The notes beneath the pieces are model-generated. The model made no database searches and was not told where the DNA came from. It saw only the letters and a program-made list of their open reading frames with translations. A program made the position numbers and the translations under genes. Below, in pieces: positions 26,735 through 37,284 of a DNA stretch of 64,000 nucleotides. The stretch's first letter is position 1, and each line of letters opens with the position of its first letter. The DNA is from a virus (taxonomy: Duplodnaviria > Caudoviricetes): positions 182 to 64,181 of IMG/VR virus record IMGVR_UViG_3300042695_001243, one strand, 5' to 3'.

Positions 26735-27781
26735 TCAGGCTAAAACGCTGTCCCAATCGGTGCGATCCGTCTCCGTACCGTTGTATCCACCCTTGGCACT
26801 GACCTGATTCATCAGTGTCGTGACCATGTTGCCGAACATATCCACCACCTCATTGGCGTTGGCCATGCGCAGCTTGCCCAAGAAGTCGCCCCTGTCGGCT
26901 GTACTAAGTGCATCGAACTCCAGTCCAAATCTGCGTGAGCTGGTTTTGCGGATCAACCCCGTGATTGCGGAATTGAATTTCTCGTTCAGGGCGATCACGC
27001 CATTGACAGAATCGACCACCTGATTCTGGTCGTTGATCCACATACCGCGTGCTCTGAGCTTGAGCTTGAAGCCTTCGGCCACCTTCTCGTGCAGCTTTCT
27101 TGTGCGGTCCATGCTGGTGTCCAGCAAAGCACGCACCATGCGCATTTTTTCTGTGCGCTCTTGTTCCAGGCGGGAGGCATGCGCGCGCGTCAACGCCTCG
27201 GTCGCGGACGCGATGCTGTTGCCGTGCATGCGCGCGAGAGCATCCATTGCATGACCATGGGCGAAACGGTGCCCGGCTGCGGCTGCTGCGTCCAGCGTCT
27301 CGCGCTCCTGTGCAAATGCCTGCCGACGCGCCATCAGGAACGCCGTTTCAGCCGGCGTGCTGTCCACCAGATCGTTATAGGACATCCCGATAGCGGACGC
27401 CAGCGCCGACTGAACGAAAGCCTCAGCGCCCGCACCAGCCGCGCCCATGCCTGGGAAAAGCATGTCCAGTTTTTCCAGGTAGTCGTCAAAGAACGATCCC
27501 ACCACGTTGTCCAAGAACAAGGGCATGCTGGCAATCTGCGGGTCGATCCCTTCCAAGTTTGCTTTGCTCAGTGCGCCTTGCGTTGCCACAAACTTTTCTC
27601 GGTAGCTGACGCCCGTCGCGTTCGGCTTTGACGGTATGCTGCTCAGTGCGGCATTGATTTCCTTGTCAACGCTGGAGCGCATCGCTCTATCAGCCTTGTC
27701 GATCATTTCAGAAATCTTGTCGATTGCCGTGTAAACGATGGCCGCAGAAATACCTTGTGCAGCAATTCCAGTGGTTGTCAT
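26735..27781 (-). CDS. Putative internal virion protein
   Basis: GGAGG RBS before ATG 27781; helical, Ala-rich. Confidence 0.65.
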   Translation of the reverse strand: MTTTGIAAQGISAAIVYTAIDKISEMIDKADRAMRSSVDKEINAALSSIPSKPNATGVSYREKFVATQGALSKANLEGIDPQIASMPLFLDNVVGSFFDDYLEKLDMLFPGMGAAGAGAEAFVQSALASAIGMSYNDLVDSTPAETAFLMARRQAFAQERETLDAAAAAGHRFAHGHAMDALARMHGNSIASATEALTRAHASRLEQERTEKMRMVRALLDTSMDRTRKLHEKVAEGFKLKLRARGMWINDQNQVVDSVNGVIALNEKFNSAITGLIRKTSSRRFGLEFDALSTADRGDFLGKLRMANANEVVDMFGNMVTTLMNQVSAKGGYNGTETDRTDWDSVLA

Positions 27782-27783
27782 GG

Positions 27784-28785
27784 TCAACCCCCTCCTGCGT
27801 CTATGCTGTTGGATTCCGAGGCGGTCGAGTTGACGCTGACCCCGGCACTGTTCAAGGCGGCAGCGGCACGAGACGAATACCGGCGCAGCAACTTGATGTT
27901 TGCTTCTGCCAACATGCTGGCCTTGGTGTTTGCGCGCTCCACCAGCGCCTTGAGTTGCTGCGTTGATGCCTGGCGCGAGTCGTCCGTGGACATGACACGC
28001 TCCTCCCAAGAGGAAAGCTCCGCGCTGCGCACATCCATCCGGGCGCGTGCAGCCTGCTCGCCTCGCTGCAACCGTGTCAGGTAGTCGTTATTGCGACCAA
28101 ACACGTCAAACATCAGGTGCATTTGCGTGAAGGTGTGCTCCATCGCTGCATTGAGCGCTTCGTTGTAGGCACGCAATAGCGCCTCGGCGGCATCGACCCG
28201 CATCTTGTGCCGCTCCGCTTCACGATCGGCTGTCATTTGCACACTGGCCCGCGCGACATGCAACTGCGCCATCTGTCCTGCCACCGCGCTATGCGCTGCA
28301 GCCACCCCTGGCGGTACAGCAAGAGCACGGGCACTAGCCCACTGCGTTGCAGACAGCGCATACCCCGATGCCTGATCCATGCGGCGGTCGTATCCGACAT
28401 TGCCAATGCCATCATGCGACCCAATAACCGCACTCAGCCAGTTCAAGGCAATGCGAAACCCCGGCCCAACTGGCGCGGCAGTCTTGATGATGTCTTGAAA
28501 CTCCGTGGACCAGCGCTGTGCAACCTGTGCAAGCTGGCCACGCACGGACAGGTCGTGAGCCGCCACCAAGGCAGCCGCCTCGTCGCCTGCGTAGAGGCTC
28601 AAAAACTTTTCAATAGACGGCGCCCCACCGCCCACACCTACGCCAGTAGCAGACCCAGCCGATGCGCCCAAATCGCGCGAAGACAATCTCTCGGCATTGG
28701 CATAGCTTGTCATAGCCATGCTCCAGGCCCGACCAAGCAGCGCGTCAAAAAGCAGCGCTGTAGGTAGCGCTCGTCCGTTGGCCAT
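27784..28785 (-). CDS. Putative internal virion protein
   Basis: 333-aa helical ORF in operon. Confidence 0.65.
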   Translation of the reverse strand: MANGRALPTALLFDALLGRAWSMAMTSYANAERLSSRDLGASAGSATGVGVGGGAPSIEKFLSLYAGDEAAALVAAHDLSVRGQLAQVAQRWSTEFQDIIKTAAPVGPGFRIALNWLSAVIGSHDGIGNVGYDRRMDQASGYALSATQWASARALAVPPGVAAAHSAVAGQMAQLHVARASVQMTADREAERHKMRVDAAEALLRAYNEALNAAMEHTFTQMHLMFDVFGRNNDYLTRLQRGEQAARARMDVRSAELSSWEERVMSTDDSRQASTQQLKALVERANTKASMLAEANIKLLRRYSSRAAAALNSAGVSVNSTASESNSIDAGGG

Positions 28786-28786
28786 G

Positions 28787-30679
28787 TCAGATTCTCCGCT
28801 GTGATGCGATCACCGTGAACTGCACCGAATCAAGCTCAAAGGCATCAGCCTCGCTGGTCAGCTCAAACGTGAAATAGTTGGAGCGCAGCCCGCGCCCAGG
28901 ATCAAACCGCTGTGTGCGCAGGCGATCATCAAAACGCCGTGCCCGGTAGGTGTACTCGTTGACGCCATCACCAATTTTTAGGAACACTGCGCCGGTCGAT
29001 GAAATGCCAACGTGTACCGCTGGCAGGTACTTATTGGCCTGGGTGCCAAAGTTGTGTTTGCCTAAAGAAATGCCTGAGTTGATGGGGATTCCAGCGTCGG
29101 TATCACCTTCCAGCAGATAGACGCCATCTGCCCGCGCGCCAAACTGGCGGCCCTTGACCACGGCAAAGCTGCCAAAACCGAACTGCTCATAGCGCGAGCT
29201 GGCATTGCTGCGAGCGTTGACCACCCACGCCTCACCCGCATCAACTGGCACGCCATCAACTGTGCGGAAAGCAAACACCGTCGCACGCTCACCTGCGCCA
29301 ATCATTTCTGCCACCGAGTCCAGTAGCGTTGCCGTGAAGCTGGCGCTGTCCTGCGCACTGATTTCCTCGGTGCCGTCCTCGGGCGCAACCAACCAGGCTT
29401 CTGCCGTGACAGTCCCGCCTACCTTCTCGGTAATCGTCAGCCCAACGTAGGCAGAATGCTCAACAGGCGCGCGGAACACCACAGCCTCCATGACCTGCAC
29501 CAGCGGGGTGAGCTCTCCACCAAACCCGACCATGCGCAAAGCGCCAAGGTCCAGTCCCAGCTCGGCATACGTGGTTTGAACCGACGCACGCATTACCAGC
29601 CCGCGCAGCGCCGCGTTGACGGTGGCCGTTGGGGGCGCAGTAGCCACCATGCTCAGTTCCGGCAGGTCTGCATCCAGGACAGAGTACGGAACACCTGTAT
29701 CCACCTTGTTCATTCCGGCCTGCATTCCTAGCTGGCCCAGAGTGACTTGGATGAAACCAAAGCTATCGAGGTCTGACGCAATCATGCCCAGAGGCTTGAG
29801 TGTGGCTTCCATCCCGTCATAGTCGCCAAGCGTTATCTGAAAGCGCGACAGATCGCCAAACAGGTTGGCCATCTGTGTCTCTGATAGCTGCGCAGCAAAA
29901 GACGGCAGCGTGATTGCCAGACCGCTGGGCGCCATCGCGTCAATGGTCATCGCCAGTCTTTCAAGCCCGGTCACTATCTCGCCGCCAGACGGCACCGGCA
30001 GACTTCCGGGTGTCAGCACTGGGTTGTTCACTGCGTCATACGGCAGGTACAAGGTTGCATCCAGTACAAACGGCTCGATCATGCTGAACGGCGCCAGCAA
30101 GAGAGTGTCACCATTGACCACCCACTTGATATGCGTGCCGTAGATTGCGGCACTCACCGTGTCCGTACCAGCGCCGACCCGCATCGCACGAATGGGTGCA
30201 TAGGGCTTTTCTGAAGTGACCGCGCCATCATGAATGATCCGCACGGTAGTCGCAGTGAACACCAAGCCGTAGCGCAAGTGTCCGTAGCCAGTGCGCCCGA
30301 TTGGAGAGACGGCCGACGAATAGGCCAGCCCAACGGCCACACCGCCCTGGCGCGCACCCTGCACATCAGGAATATCAAGGCTGATCGTGCCGATCCAGTT
30401 TGGGGGAAGCTCCTGAATGCTTCGCGCACCAGAATCCCAAGCCGGAACGAAACCAGAGGTCGTCTGGATGGTGTTTGCCGTGTTGTCTGGGGCAACGATG
30501 CTGCCACCGCCTGGATTGGGGATGAAATTCACATCACCGCTTGGCGCATTCCCGGTTGGCGCAGGCGGCGCCTCTGTGTAAGCGTCTCCACCATCAGCAA
30601 GATCGGGGAAACAAACATATTGATACCCGGAAGCAGTGCCGTCCACAAAACCATTCACCCACACGTATGCGCATCGCAT
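28787..30679 (-). CDS. Tail structural protein
   Basis: AGGAG RBS before ATG 30679; beta-rich; C-terminal GRGLRSNYFTFEL. Confidence 0.65.
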   Translation of the reverse strand: MRCAYVWVNGFVDGTASGYQYVCFPDLADGGDAYTEAPPAPTGNAPSGDVNFIPNPGGGSIVAPDNTANTIQTTSGFVPAWDSGARSIQELPPNWIGTISLDIPDVQGARQGGVAVGLAYSSAVSPIGRTGYGHLRYGLVFTATTVRIIHDGAVTSEKPYAPIRAMRVGAGTDTVSAAIYGTHIKWVVNGDTLLLAPFSMIEPFVLDATLYLPYDAVNNPVLTPGSLPVPSGGEIVTGLERLAMTIDAMAPSGLAITLPSFAAQLSETQMANLFGDLSRFQITLGDYDGMEATLKPLGMIASDLDSFGFIQVTLGQLGMQAGMNKVDTGVPYSVLDADLPELSMVATAPPTATVNAALRGLVMRASVQTTYAELGLDLGALRMVGFGGELTPLVQVMEAVVFRAPVEHSAYVGLTITEKVGGTVTAEAWLVAPEDGTEEISAQDSASFTATLLDSVAEMIGAGERATVFAFRTVDGVPVDAGEAWVVNARSNASSRYEQFGFGSFAVVKGRQFGARADGVYLLEGDTDAGIPINSGISLGKHNFGTQANKYLPAVHVGISSTGAVFLKIGDGVNEYTYRARRFDDRLRTQRFDPGRGLRSNYFTFELTSEADAFELDSVQFTVIASQRRI

Positions 30680-30695
30680 CTTCTGCTCCTTGGGT

Positions 30696-31019
30696 TCATC
30701 CAACGCCTACGCCAGTGGTCTGATCTGAGTAATAGTTCAGGCTCACGTAGCCATTGACGCAAGTACCGGTGACCTCGTAAACCCAGTCTCCCGGTCTCGT
30801 TATGCGGAAATACGATGTGCCATCGCTGCGAGTCACCAAGGTAATGGAGCGCCCTGGCCACAGCAGGTACAACTGCTGCTCAATAGCAGCAAAGCACGGA
30901 CTATCTGGCGGCGGAAGCGTGCCACTACCTCCACCGCTACCACCGCCACCACCACCACTACCTCCGCCACCACCACCACCACCCTGGGATGGGGGTAGTT
31001 TTTCGAGTTTGTTAGCCAT
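30696..31019 (-). CDS. Gly-rich small protein
   Basis: AGGAG RBS; poly-Gly/Ser tract. Confidence 0.55.
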   Translation of the reverse strand: MANKLEKLPPSQGGGGGGGGSGGGGGGSGGGSGTLPPPDSPCFAAIEQQLYLLWPGRSITLVTRSDGTSYFRITRPGDWVYEVTGTCVNGYVSLNYYSDQTTGVGVG

Positions 31020-33096
31020 AGTCAGGCTCCTTGAATTTGTGGTCTACCATCCACGGGCGCGCTGGATTGGACGGGAGCAATTTGCCGGCTTTGTCGCGCA
31101 GCGCGATCATGGGCAGCAGCTCTCCACGGTTGTACTGAGTTGCTGATTCGCTGATGTCTTGCTCGTATTGAAAGCGTGGGAATCCTCTGGTGCGTTCCCA
31201 CTGTCTGCCAATAACTATCTGACCATCCACCCATGTCTTACTTGGTAAGCTGATCTGCGCGCGTGTGGCCTTCCAGCTATCGCCGCCGTTTTCAGATAGG
31301 TAGATGGTCGCGTTCACAGTATTGACTTGCTCAGTGCGTGCCGACATTACTGGCACTGCAAGCGTCTTATCGTCAATGGCCACCACAAACCCAGCACGAA
31401 AACACCAAGGTGTCGGCAGAAGTCGCCGCGCCCAATTCATCCCACCATCGTCAGACACCAGCAGCATTGGGCGAGCTCCGGGATAGCTGATATTGAACGG
31501 CGTGCCGCCCAGCGTCTTGCTTTCTTCCCATACAGAGTACGGATCAAACTGCATCCACAGGCGCTTCTTCTTGCCCTCTGGCGTGCTGCGGTAAACGGCG
31601 CCTCCGAAGCCCATCGGCGCATAAGGTATGTAGTAGTTTCCTGATGGCCCCGGTTTGGTCAGGCCAGCGCCAAAAACTGCGGCTGGGATCGTGGAGATTT
31701 TTGTTGCGCCAGAAGTGGTGACGCGAAACACCTCTATTGCATTTGGAGAGGCTGTCTCGTACCTAGAAAACGCCAGCAGCGTGTTCTTGTCCTGTGTCAG
31801 CAATCCACCATAGTGGCTTGTGCTTGGAAAACTCAATGACGCTGATGGAACAACGTAAGTCCACGTTTCTCCATTATTGGTAGACCACATGAAAAAAGCA
31901 TCGCTGCTTGATGCTTGCACGCTACCGCCTGCACCAAACTGCATGGCATGTACGATTACACGCAAAACCACCTTGGACGGCCCCAAGCGATGCAGCGACA
32001 TGCCTCTGGCGGCGAGATAGTGCTTCGGAAGGCTTGGAAGGGATGGGAAGTTGATCTTTCCCAGGGCAACGCCTCCCTGTGGCGTAGTGCGCTTGCAAGT
32101 GAGTCGGTACGGGCCAGAGCTGCGACTGTCGTACACATCGTCTGCAGCCGGGTACACGGCAATCATGGCGGTGTATTCGCGGCCGTCGTCTGTCTTGGCA
32201 ATACCAGGCTCGCAGACTGCATAAGTGTCCGATGCGTCTCCAGTGGGAATCTTCCCCGTATCTGGGAACCCCCAATAGCTACCGTATTGCGCACCAGCGA
32301 ATGCAACGAATACACTGGTGCTGCTGTACATATCGGCGGTAGTTTGTCTAATGGAGTCGGAAATTGATCGCGGAGTGGGATCAAAACCCAGGCCACTGTG
32401 GACATCAAACGAAAACAACGGCGCGTTGGTAGCTCCGGTCAAAGGATTGACCTCAACCACCTCAACGCGGGCCGCACGCAAGCCACGCTTTTTGGTATGC
32501 GGTCTTGGGGTTGTTACCAACTTACCCATTGAGTCGTTGAAATACCGATTGTCGCCAGAGACAGCAACCTCGCGCACCAGAATCACCTTGCCATCGCCCT
32601 TGGCAAAAAAACGGCGCTTGCCAGCCTGAGCGGTATAGCTTGTCTCTGCAATGGCGTCACGGGTACGGCTAGTGACATTACCAAACTGGTCAGTGCCAGT
32701 TATCGGGCCATAGTGCCTAGATATGCGCGTCTGCGTTTTGAAGCCGCTTATTTCCCTAAACGGCAAGTCTCCTGCCGCTGGATCGTGCTCAGACATGAAA
32801 AGCCGCGAGCGCTTGAGCAATTTGGTGTCTGGCGACAGGTTCAGCAGTTCGTTGCCAGTCAAAGGATCGTCTGGAGACTGCTCTGCATGGGTCATTGATG
32901 TTTCGTGCAGCAGCACAAAGCGCGGCTGCGAAGTGCCTTCCGGCTCCCTATCAATACGCACGAACTCGCCAGAGCGTTGGATAGTGCTCTCTGCATCACG
33001 GTAGGTCATAAACTCCGACCCGACCGCGATCATGGCATGGAGCTGATCTTTCTCCTTGCCATCAGATGCGCCCCTGGAGTCATCGTTAATGAGCAT
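31012..33096 (-). CDS. Asp-box (BNR) beta-propeller tail protein
   Basis: STNNGETW, SDDGGMNW, SENGGDSW repeats. Confidence 0.7.
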   Translation of the reverse strand: MLINDDSRGASDGKEKDQLHAMIAVGSEFMTYRDAESTIQRSGEFVRIDREPEGTSQPRFVLLHETSMTHAEQSPDDPLTGNELLNLSPDTKLLKRSRLFMSEHDPAAGDLPFREISGFKTQTRISRHYGPITGTDQFGNVTSRTRDAIAETSYTAQAGKRRFFAKGDGKVILVREVAVSGDNRYFNDSMGKLVTTPRPHTKKRGLRAARVEVVEVNPLTGATNAPLFSFDVHSGLGFDPTPRSISDSIRQTTADMYSSTSVFVAFAGAQYGSYWGFPDTGKIPTGDASDTYAVCEPGIAKTDDGREYTAMIAVYPAADDVYDSRSSGPYRLTCKRTTPQGGVALGKINFPSLPSLPKHYLAARGMSLHRLGPSKVVLRVIVHAMQFGAGGSVQASSSDAFFMWSTNNGETWTYVVPSASLSFPSTSHYGGLLTQDKNTLLAFSRYETASPNAIEVFRVTTSGATKISTIPAAVFGAGLTKPGPSGNYYIPYAPMGFGGAVYRSTPEGKKKRLWMQFDPYSVWEESKTLGGTPFNISYPGARPMLLVSDDGGMNWARRLLPTPWCFRAGFVVAIDDKTLAVPVMSARTEQVNTVNATIYLSENGGDSWKATRAQISLPSKTWVDGQIVIGRQWERTRGFPRFQYEQDISESATQYNRGELLPMIALRDKAGKLLPSNPARPWMVDHKFKEPDYG

Positions 33097-33572
33097 CAGG
33101 GAATCTCACGCGCCTTCACCAAATCTTTCCAGAAGATCGGGGGCGGTTCAGGCGGTATCCCGCCAATACCAATGAAGAATGAAGGTCTCCAATTTGCTTG
33201 ATAACCCCCGGAAAATAACACTCGATTGTTATCCACGATTTCAGTGTCGAAGTAATCAAGGTAATCAACGGGCGTACCTGACGGGGCGATCATGGCAAAT
33301 AAAATATCTTGTGCCTTCGCATCATTGAGCGACAGAGTTACCGCCAGTGCGCAGCCAGTCGTTCCGATTTCGCTAGGAAGAATCTGGATGTTGCCCGACA
33401 CCCGAACCACTTCTTCCTGAATTGGGGACCATTCATACACGCCGTACCGGGTGTAGTCGTCGGTGTTGATATTTCCAACGGCCGCAGGCGTATCGAGCAC
33501 GTCCACACTGCTTTTGTACCCAAGCATGTCGGTGTGGACGATGATCGCGTAGCGCGTGCCGGTAATGACCAT
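33096..33572 (-). CDS. Hypothetical tail protein
   Basis: In operon; C-terminal PPIFWKDL. Confidence 0.6.
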   Translation of the reverse strand: MVITGTRYAIIVHTDMLGYKSSVDVLDTPAAVGNINTDDYTRYGVYEWSPIQEEVVRVSGNIQILPSEIGTTGCALAVTLSLNDAKAQDILFAMIAPSGTPVDYLDYFDTEIVDNNRVLFSGGYQANWRPSFFIGIGGIPPEPPPIFWKDLVKAREIP

Positions 33573-33578
33573 GGTGGA

Positions 33579-34031
33579 TTACCCTGGCAAGCTGATGGAG
33601 GCGAAGTTCACAGCCTGTGTGTTACCCGCAACCAGGGCGAGCGAGCTGATATTGAGCTCTGCGCCAGACACGCCTACGCGCCCCTGCAGGCGGGCCTCGG
33701 TCGTCGATGCAAACCCGGTATCAGCACTGCCCACAAAGCGAAAGAAAACCGCGTTGCCGGTGTTAAGCACAGGGCCTGCCCAGGTCTCTCCAGGGCTCTT
33801 GTTGATAGCGCCGTTGGCGGCAGTACCAAGGTTCAGGCCACTTGAAATACCGTCGCCGTAGACCGTCAATAGCTTCTGGTGCTTGGCCGTTTCGATGGGA
33901 TCGTCAGCGCTAAGGGGGATATTGGCCAGCGTGCTGTAGTAAACATGAATAAAACCGTTGGCCAGGATGCTTTTGAGGCTCCCGGTTTCGAGGATTTTGT
34001 TGCGCAGGCCGGTAGATGCAAGAAGGGGCAT
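33579..34031 (-). CDS. Virion structural protein
   Basis: STGLRN..GNAVFFRF..RLQGRVG motif. Confidence 0.7.
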   Translation of the reverse strand: MPLLASTGLRNKILETGSLKSILANGFIHVYYSTLANIPLSADDPIETAKHQKLLTVYGDGISSGLNLGTAANGAINKSPGETWAGPVLNTGNAVFFRFVGSADTGFASTTEARLQGRVGVSGAELNISSLALVAGNTQAVNFASISLPG

Positions 34032-34045
34032 GATGGTGGTACCTT

Positions 34046-34561
34046 TCAGAACGAAACAAACTGAAACCCGGAAAGCAGTTCCAGGTAAACGGATGGGTCA
34101 TAGGGGCGGGGGTTTGCAAAGCGCACCACCGAAAGCAATTTGCCGGTTGCGGCGCCCTTGGCAGGGGATGTGCTGATGAAGGCACCATTGACAGTGCCCG
34201 TGCCCAGCATGTCAAAACGCGCCAGCGATGCCGCGTTCGAGCAAGCGGCATCGGTGACGGCACCCAGGTTCAACTGCAGGCGGTTTGTCTGGCCGTACTG
34301 AATGACCTCGGAGACGACCGATAGAAACGTTGCAGCTTCCTCATCGCCATTGGGGATGTGCGCGCCGCTCCACAACCCAATGTAGAGGGCGGCTGGCCCT
34401 GCGCCGTTCTTGAGATAGGCAGTCGCCATGTCATTGAGCCCTTCGCGTGGGACTCTGTTCTTGGCGCCGCGCATGGCGTCCACAATGGCGTCGTCGTATT
34501 TGCTTCGGGTCAACACGTCAAACGTGAAGCCGGGTTTGATAAGTGCGTCCATGATGGTCAT
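34046..34561 (-). CDS. Virion structural protein
   Basis: NRVPREGLN..LYIGL pattern; AAGGA RBS. Confidence 0.65.
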   Translation of the reverse strand: MTIMDALIKPGFTFDVLTRSKYDDAIVDAMRGAKNRVPREGLNDMATAYLKNGAGPAALYIGLWSGAHIPNGDEEAATFLSVVSEVIQYGQTNRLQLNLGAVTDAACSNAASLARFDMLGTGTVNGAFISTSPAKGAATGKLLSVVRFANPRPYDPSVYLELLSGFQFVSF

Positions 34562-35526
34562 TCCTTTTTCACGATCCGTGCTTGGGCGTAGGAGCCGATG
34601 CCTGCTCCGGTGCCGCTAGGTGAGGAGAGCGCTGCCACGATGGATGCCATGCCGTCTGCCTCACGCCAGAGCGTTGCCGCGCCACCCTCTGCAATGAGAG
34701 CAACGTTGCGCTCTTGCAGGTTTTGAAGTTCGCCCGAGGCCGTGCAAGAGACAATCCCGCGCTGACTCATCCAGTGGGCGCCGCCGTCAGGCCGGTATCC
34801 GGCCTGCTGCTCTGGAGCGCCATAAGACAGCACAGCACGCACAGAACTGGCAGGGAAACCGCCAGCAATCCAGTAGGTTTGTTTGGCCACCACGAAAACA
34901 CCACCCTCTACCGCTGCAATGCAGGTAATTGGTGCCGGGAACATTTCATAGCCGCGTGACTCGTCCCGCAGGTGTGGTGTGAATGGCTCGCTATAGACCA
35001 GCACATTGCCCACAGCCACCAGCAGCCGACCGTTGTGGTGAGCAATGCAGGAGCCGGGCGGCATGGGAGATAGCAACTGCTCGCCAACATTGACACTGGC
35101 AGCCGTTGCCCATTCGGGTGTGGGGCCATTGACGGGGTGATATGAGCCGACCCGCAGACCGTCCGTGAAGTACACCGCCTCATTGACCTGCGCGTATCGA
35201 ACGAATGTGACGCGGCCAAACCCTGTAGCTACCTGGGTAGCACTGGTGGAGCCATCTGCGCCCACGTCCATCCGGCGAACCGAGCCGTCAGAGCAAAACA
35301 GGCCGTAAGCGCCGTCAATCGGCGCCCACAGAGAATGGCAGTCCTGCCATGGCAGAGAAAGCGTGTAGCCCTTGCGCGTTTTTACAGTGCCGCGCTCTGT
35401 GACATCAACATTCAGTGCATCGCGCAGTAGGTGCCCTGCCCCGTTTGGAAGCGACATACTGAAATCAGGGACGCGGTTGTCCATCCCTTCTGGGAATGGT
35501 CCAACAGTCATTGAATTTGATGCCAT
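34558..35526 (-). CDS. Tail tubular/nozzle-like protein
   Basis: GMDNR..LRDALNVD..G...RKGY N-terminus; follows adaptor gene. Confidence 0.65.
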   Translation of the reverse strand: MASNSMTVGPFPEGMDNRVPDFSMSLPNGAGHLLRDALNVDVTERGTVKTRKGYTLSLPWQDCHSLWAPIDGAYGLFCSDGSVRRMDVGADGSTSATQVATGFGRVTFVRYAQVNEAVYFTDGLRVGSYHPVNGPTPEWATAASVNVGEQLLSPMPPGSCIAHHNGRLLVAVGNVLVYSEPFTPHLRDESRGYEMFPAPITCIAAVEGGVFVVAKQTYWIAGGFPASSVRAVLSYGAPEQQAGYRPDGGAHWMSQRGIVSCTASGELQNLQERNVALIAEGGAATLWREADGMASIVAALSSPSGTGAGIGSYAQARIVKKE

Positions 35527-35561
35527 ACCCGACATGATTCCGTTTGCGGCTGCAAAGCGGA

Positions 35562-35576
35562 AACCCGACAGGGGGG
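35562..35576 (-). promoter_or_regulatory. Late-promoter motif copy 4
   Basis: AACCCGACAGGGGGG. Confidence 0.7.
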
Positions 35577-36245
35577 TCACAGAACGTGCGAGACGTTCAC
35601 CTGTGTCTGGTCGTGCCGTGTGGACTGGCGCAAGTCGGCATCAGGTCGTAGCCCGAAGTAAGACTCAAAATCTTCAAGCGCCTCTTTGGACTTCTGAGGG
35701 TTTTGCGCATCGGCGTCTGGCCTGCCAAAAGCGCGATACAACACCCAATGGACCAAGTGAATGTGATGAGCCTCGTGAATCTCGGGCTTGTCGTTGTCAC
35801 TTGCCATTGCTTTAAGGGGCAGACGGTATGCCTCCATGCGAAGCGTGCCCGCCACGGATGGAACCGGCACCAGTCGCAGCCGCGTATCCGTTTGGATCGC
35901 AAAGCTCGGCATTTCGGAGGGGAAATCGCGCCATCCTGGTGTGGTGCGGTCAAGGTACTCGCGCGATACCAAGCGCAGGTTTTCAACAACACCGACGTTT
36001 GGCACAAAATCAAGGGCAGCGATTTCATACACCTTGGGGTGTAGCGGATAGCTTGCGATGCCAGGGGCGACCGCAATTTTGGTCACTGACGCGCTGTAGT
36101 CGTCCAGCAGCAGTCTGGCGCGTACAGCGGCTTCATCTTGCGCTTCGGCAAACCAGTCAATAATCCACTCATCCCGCCACAAAGGGGGATTTGCAAGATC
36201 ATCGGCCTCAATGCGAAAACGCTCAATCAGCTGCTGCAGCGTCAT
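35577..36245 (-). CDS. Head-tail adaptor protein
   Basis: MTLQQLI..W.DE..EAQDEA..PEIHEAHH.LV.W.LYRA pattern. Confidence 0.7.
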   Translation of the reverse strand: MTLQQLIERFRIEADDLANPPLWRDEWIIDWFAEAQDEAAVRARLLLDDYSASVTKIAVAPGIASYPLHPKVYEIAALDFVPNVGVVENLRLVSREYLDRTTPGWRDFPSEMPSFAIQTDTRLRLVPVPSVAGTLRMEAYRLPLKAMASDNDKPEIHEAHHIHLVHWVLYRAFGRPDADAQNPQKSKEALEDFESYFGLRPDADLRQSTRHDQTQVNVSHVL

Positions 36246-36246
36246 C

Positions 36247-36663
36247 TCAGCGCGCCCCGAATTGCTCGATCAGTGTGGACACCTCAGCGCGAAGTTTGGT
36301 CACGGCCAGGCGCTTGTCCAGAGCGACCTCGTACTTGCTGGCGTATTCTTCAAGCGCGTTTTTGTCCATGCTCTGCACGGTCAGCAGCATGGATTCCATA
36401 ACCTGCTTTTCTTGCTCCTCAGAGCGCTTGATCTCTTGCTGCACTACCGCTGCGGCTTCTTGCTCCTCAGTCTGTGCAGTTGCATCCTGGGGCGCAGCCT
36501 CATCGACGGGAGCGCGGTCAAACCGTTTGAACTCCACGTAGCGCAATAGCTTATCGGCAGCAGCAGAAGGCACCAGCTTGGTATCACCGGGCATCCAGCT
36601 GTTACCCGTGTGAGATTCCCGGTAGAGCTTGCGGCCCTCATAGGTGATGCGTGTGAGGTCCAT
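36247..36663 (-). CDS. Hypothetical head-region protein
   Basis: AGGAG RBS before ATG 36663. Confidence 0.65.
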   Translation of the reverse strand: MDLTRITYEGRKLYRESHTGNSWMPGDTKLVPSAAADKLLRYVEFKRFDRAPVDEAAPQDATAQTEEQEAAAVVQQEIKRSEEQEKQVMESMLLTVQSMDKNALEEYASKYEVALDKRLAVTKLRAEVSTLIEQFGAR

Positions 36664-36727
36664 TGTGGACTCCTGTAAGTGGATGGAAAACAAGCCGGAC
36701 GAACCGGCTTGCTTCTCATGGCGTTGC

Positions 36728-37204
36728 TTACACAGCGCCTTCGCTGGCGATGGTCAGCACAACGTCAATACGCGATGCCTTGGCATTGGTTGCCACTGCG
36801 GTCGTCAAAGTGAGCCACGCATCCTTGGGAAGCGTGACAGGTGCTTTGGTCGTCGCATTGCGCAGGCGGGCAGCCGTGGCCAGTGGCAAAGCAGCACCGA
36901 AATACTGCAGGTCTTGCGGCACCAGGGCGCTATTCACACCGTCGATGTACTCGAAACCGAGATCGCCGGTAATGGTGGCCGTCATGCCGTTGGAAATCAC
37001 CACCATGCTGTCCAGCAGGACAGAACCGGCGGGGATACGGCCCAGGCGCACAGTGTCGGCCGCAAGAATGGGGGCGGTGGAATCGGAACTCGTGACGCTA
37101 CCGTTAGTGGCCGTGACCAGCGAATACTGCAGGCCGTGGGCATTGCCCCAAGGGGTTGCGCCAACAAGGTTGCGGGGATTTACTTTGCGGGTGATCGTTG
37201 GCAT
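36728..37204 (-). CDS. Capsid decoration-like protein
   Basis: GGAGG RBS; directly after capsid gene; beta-rich. Confidence 0.6.
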   Translation of the reverse strand: MPTITRKVNPRNLVGATPWGNAHGLQYSLVTATNGSVTSSDSTAPILAADTVRLGRIPAGSVLLDSMVVISNGMTATITGDLGFEYIDGVNSALVPQDLQYFGAALPLATAARLRNATTKAPVTLPKDAWLTLTTAVATNAKASRIDVVLTIASEGAV

Positions 37205-37284
37205 GTCAGCCTCCGTAATCGAATCTATGAACTTTGGCGTTATGAGCCGGGCAGCCGTAAGCCACCCAGCTCAATCACACTGGC

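Noticed and set aside
30679-30720. Programmed frameshift joining 30696-31019 to the downstream gene
   Set aside because: No slippery site seen, and the downstream ATG 30679 has its own AGGAG RBS.
30915-30985. CCA/CCG-rich repeat as a DNA element
   Set aside because: Explained by the poly-Gly tract of the minus-strand ORF.
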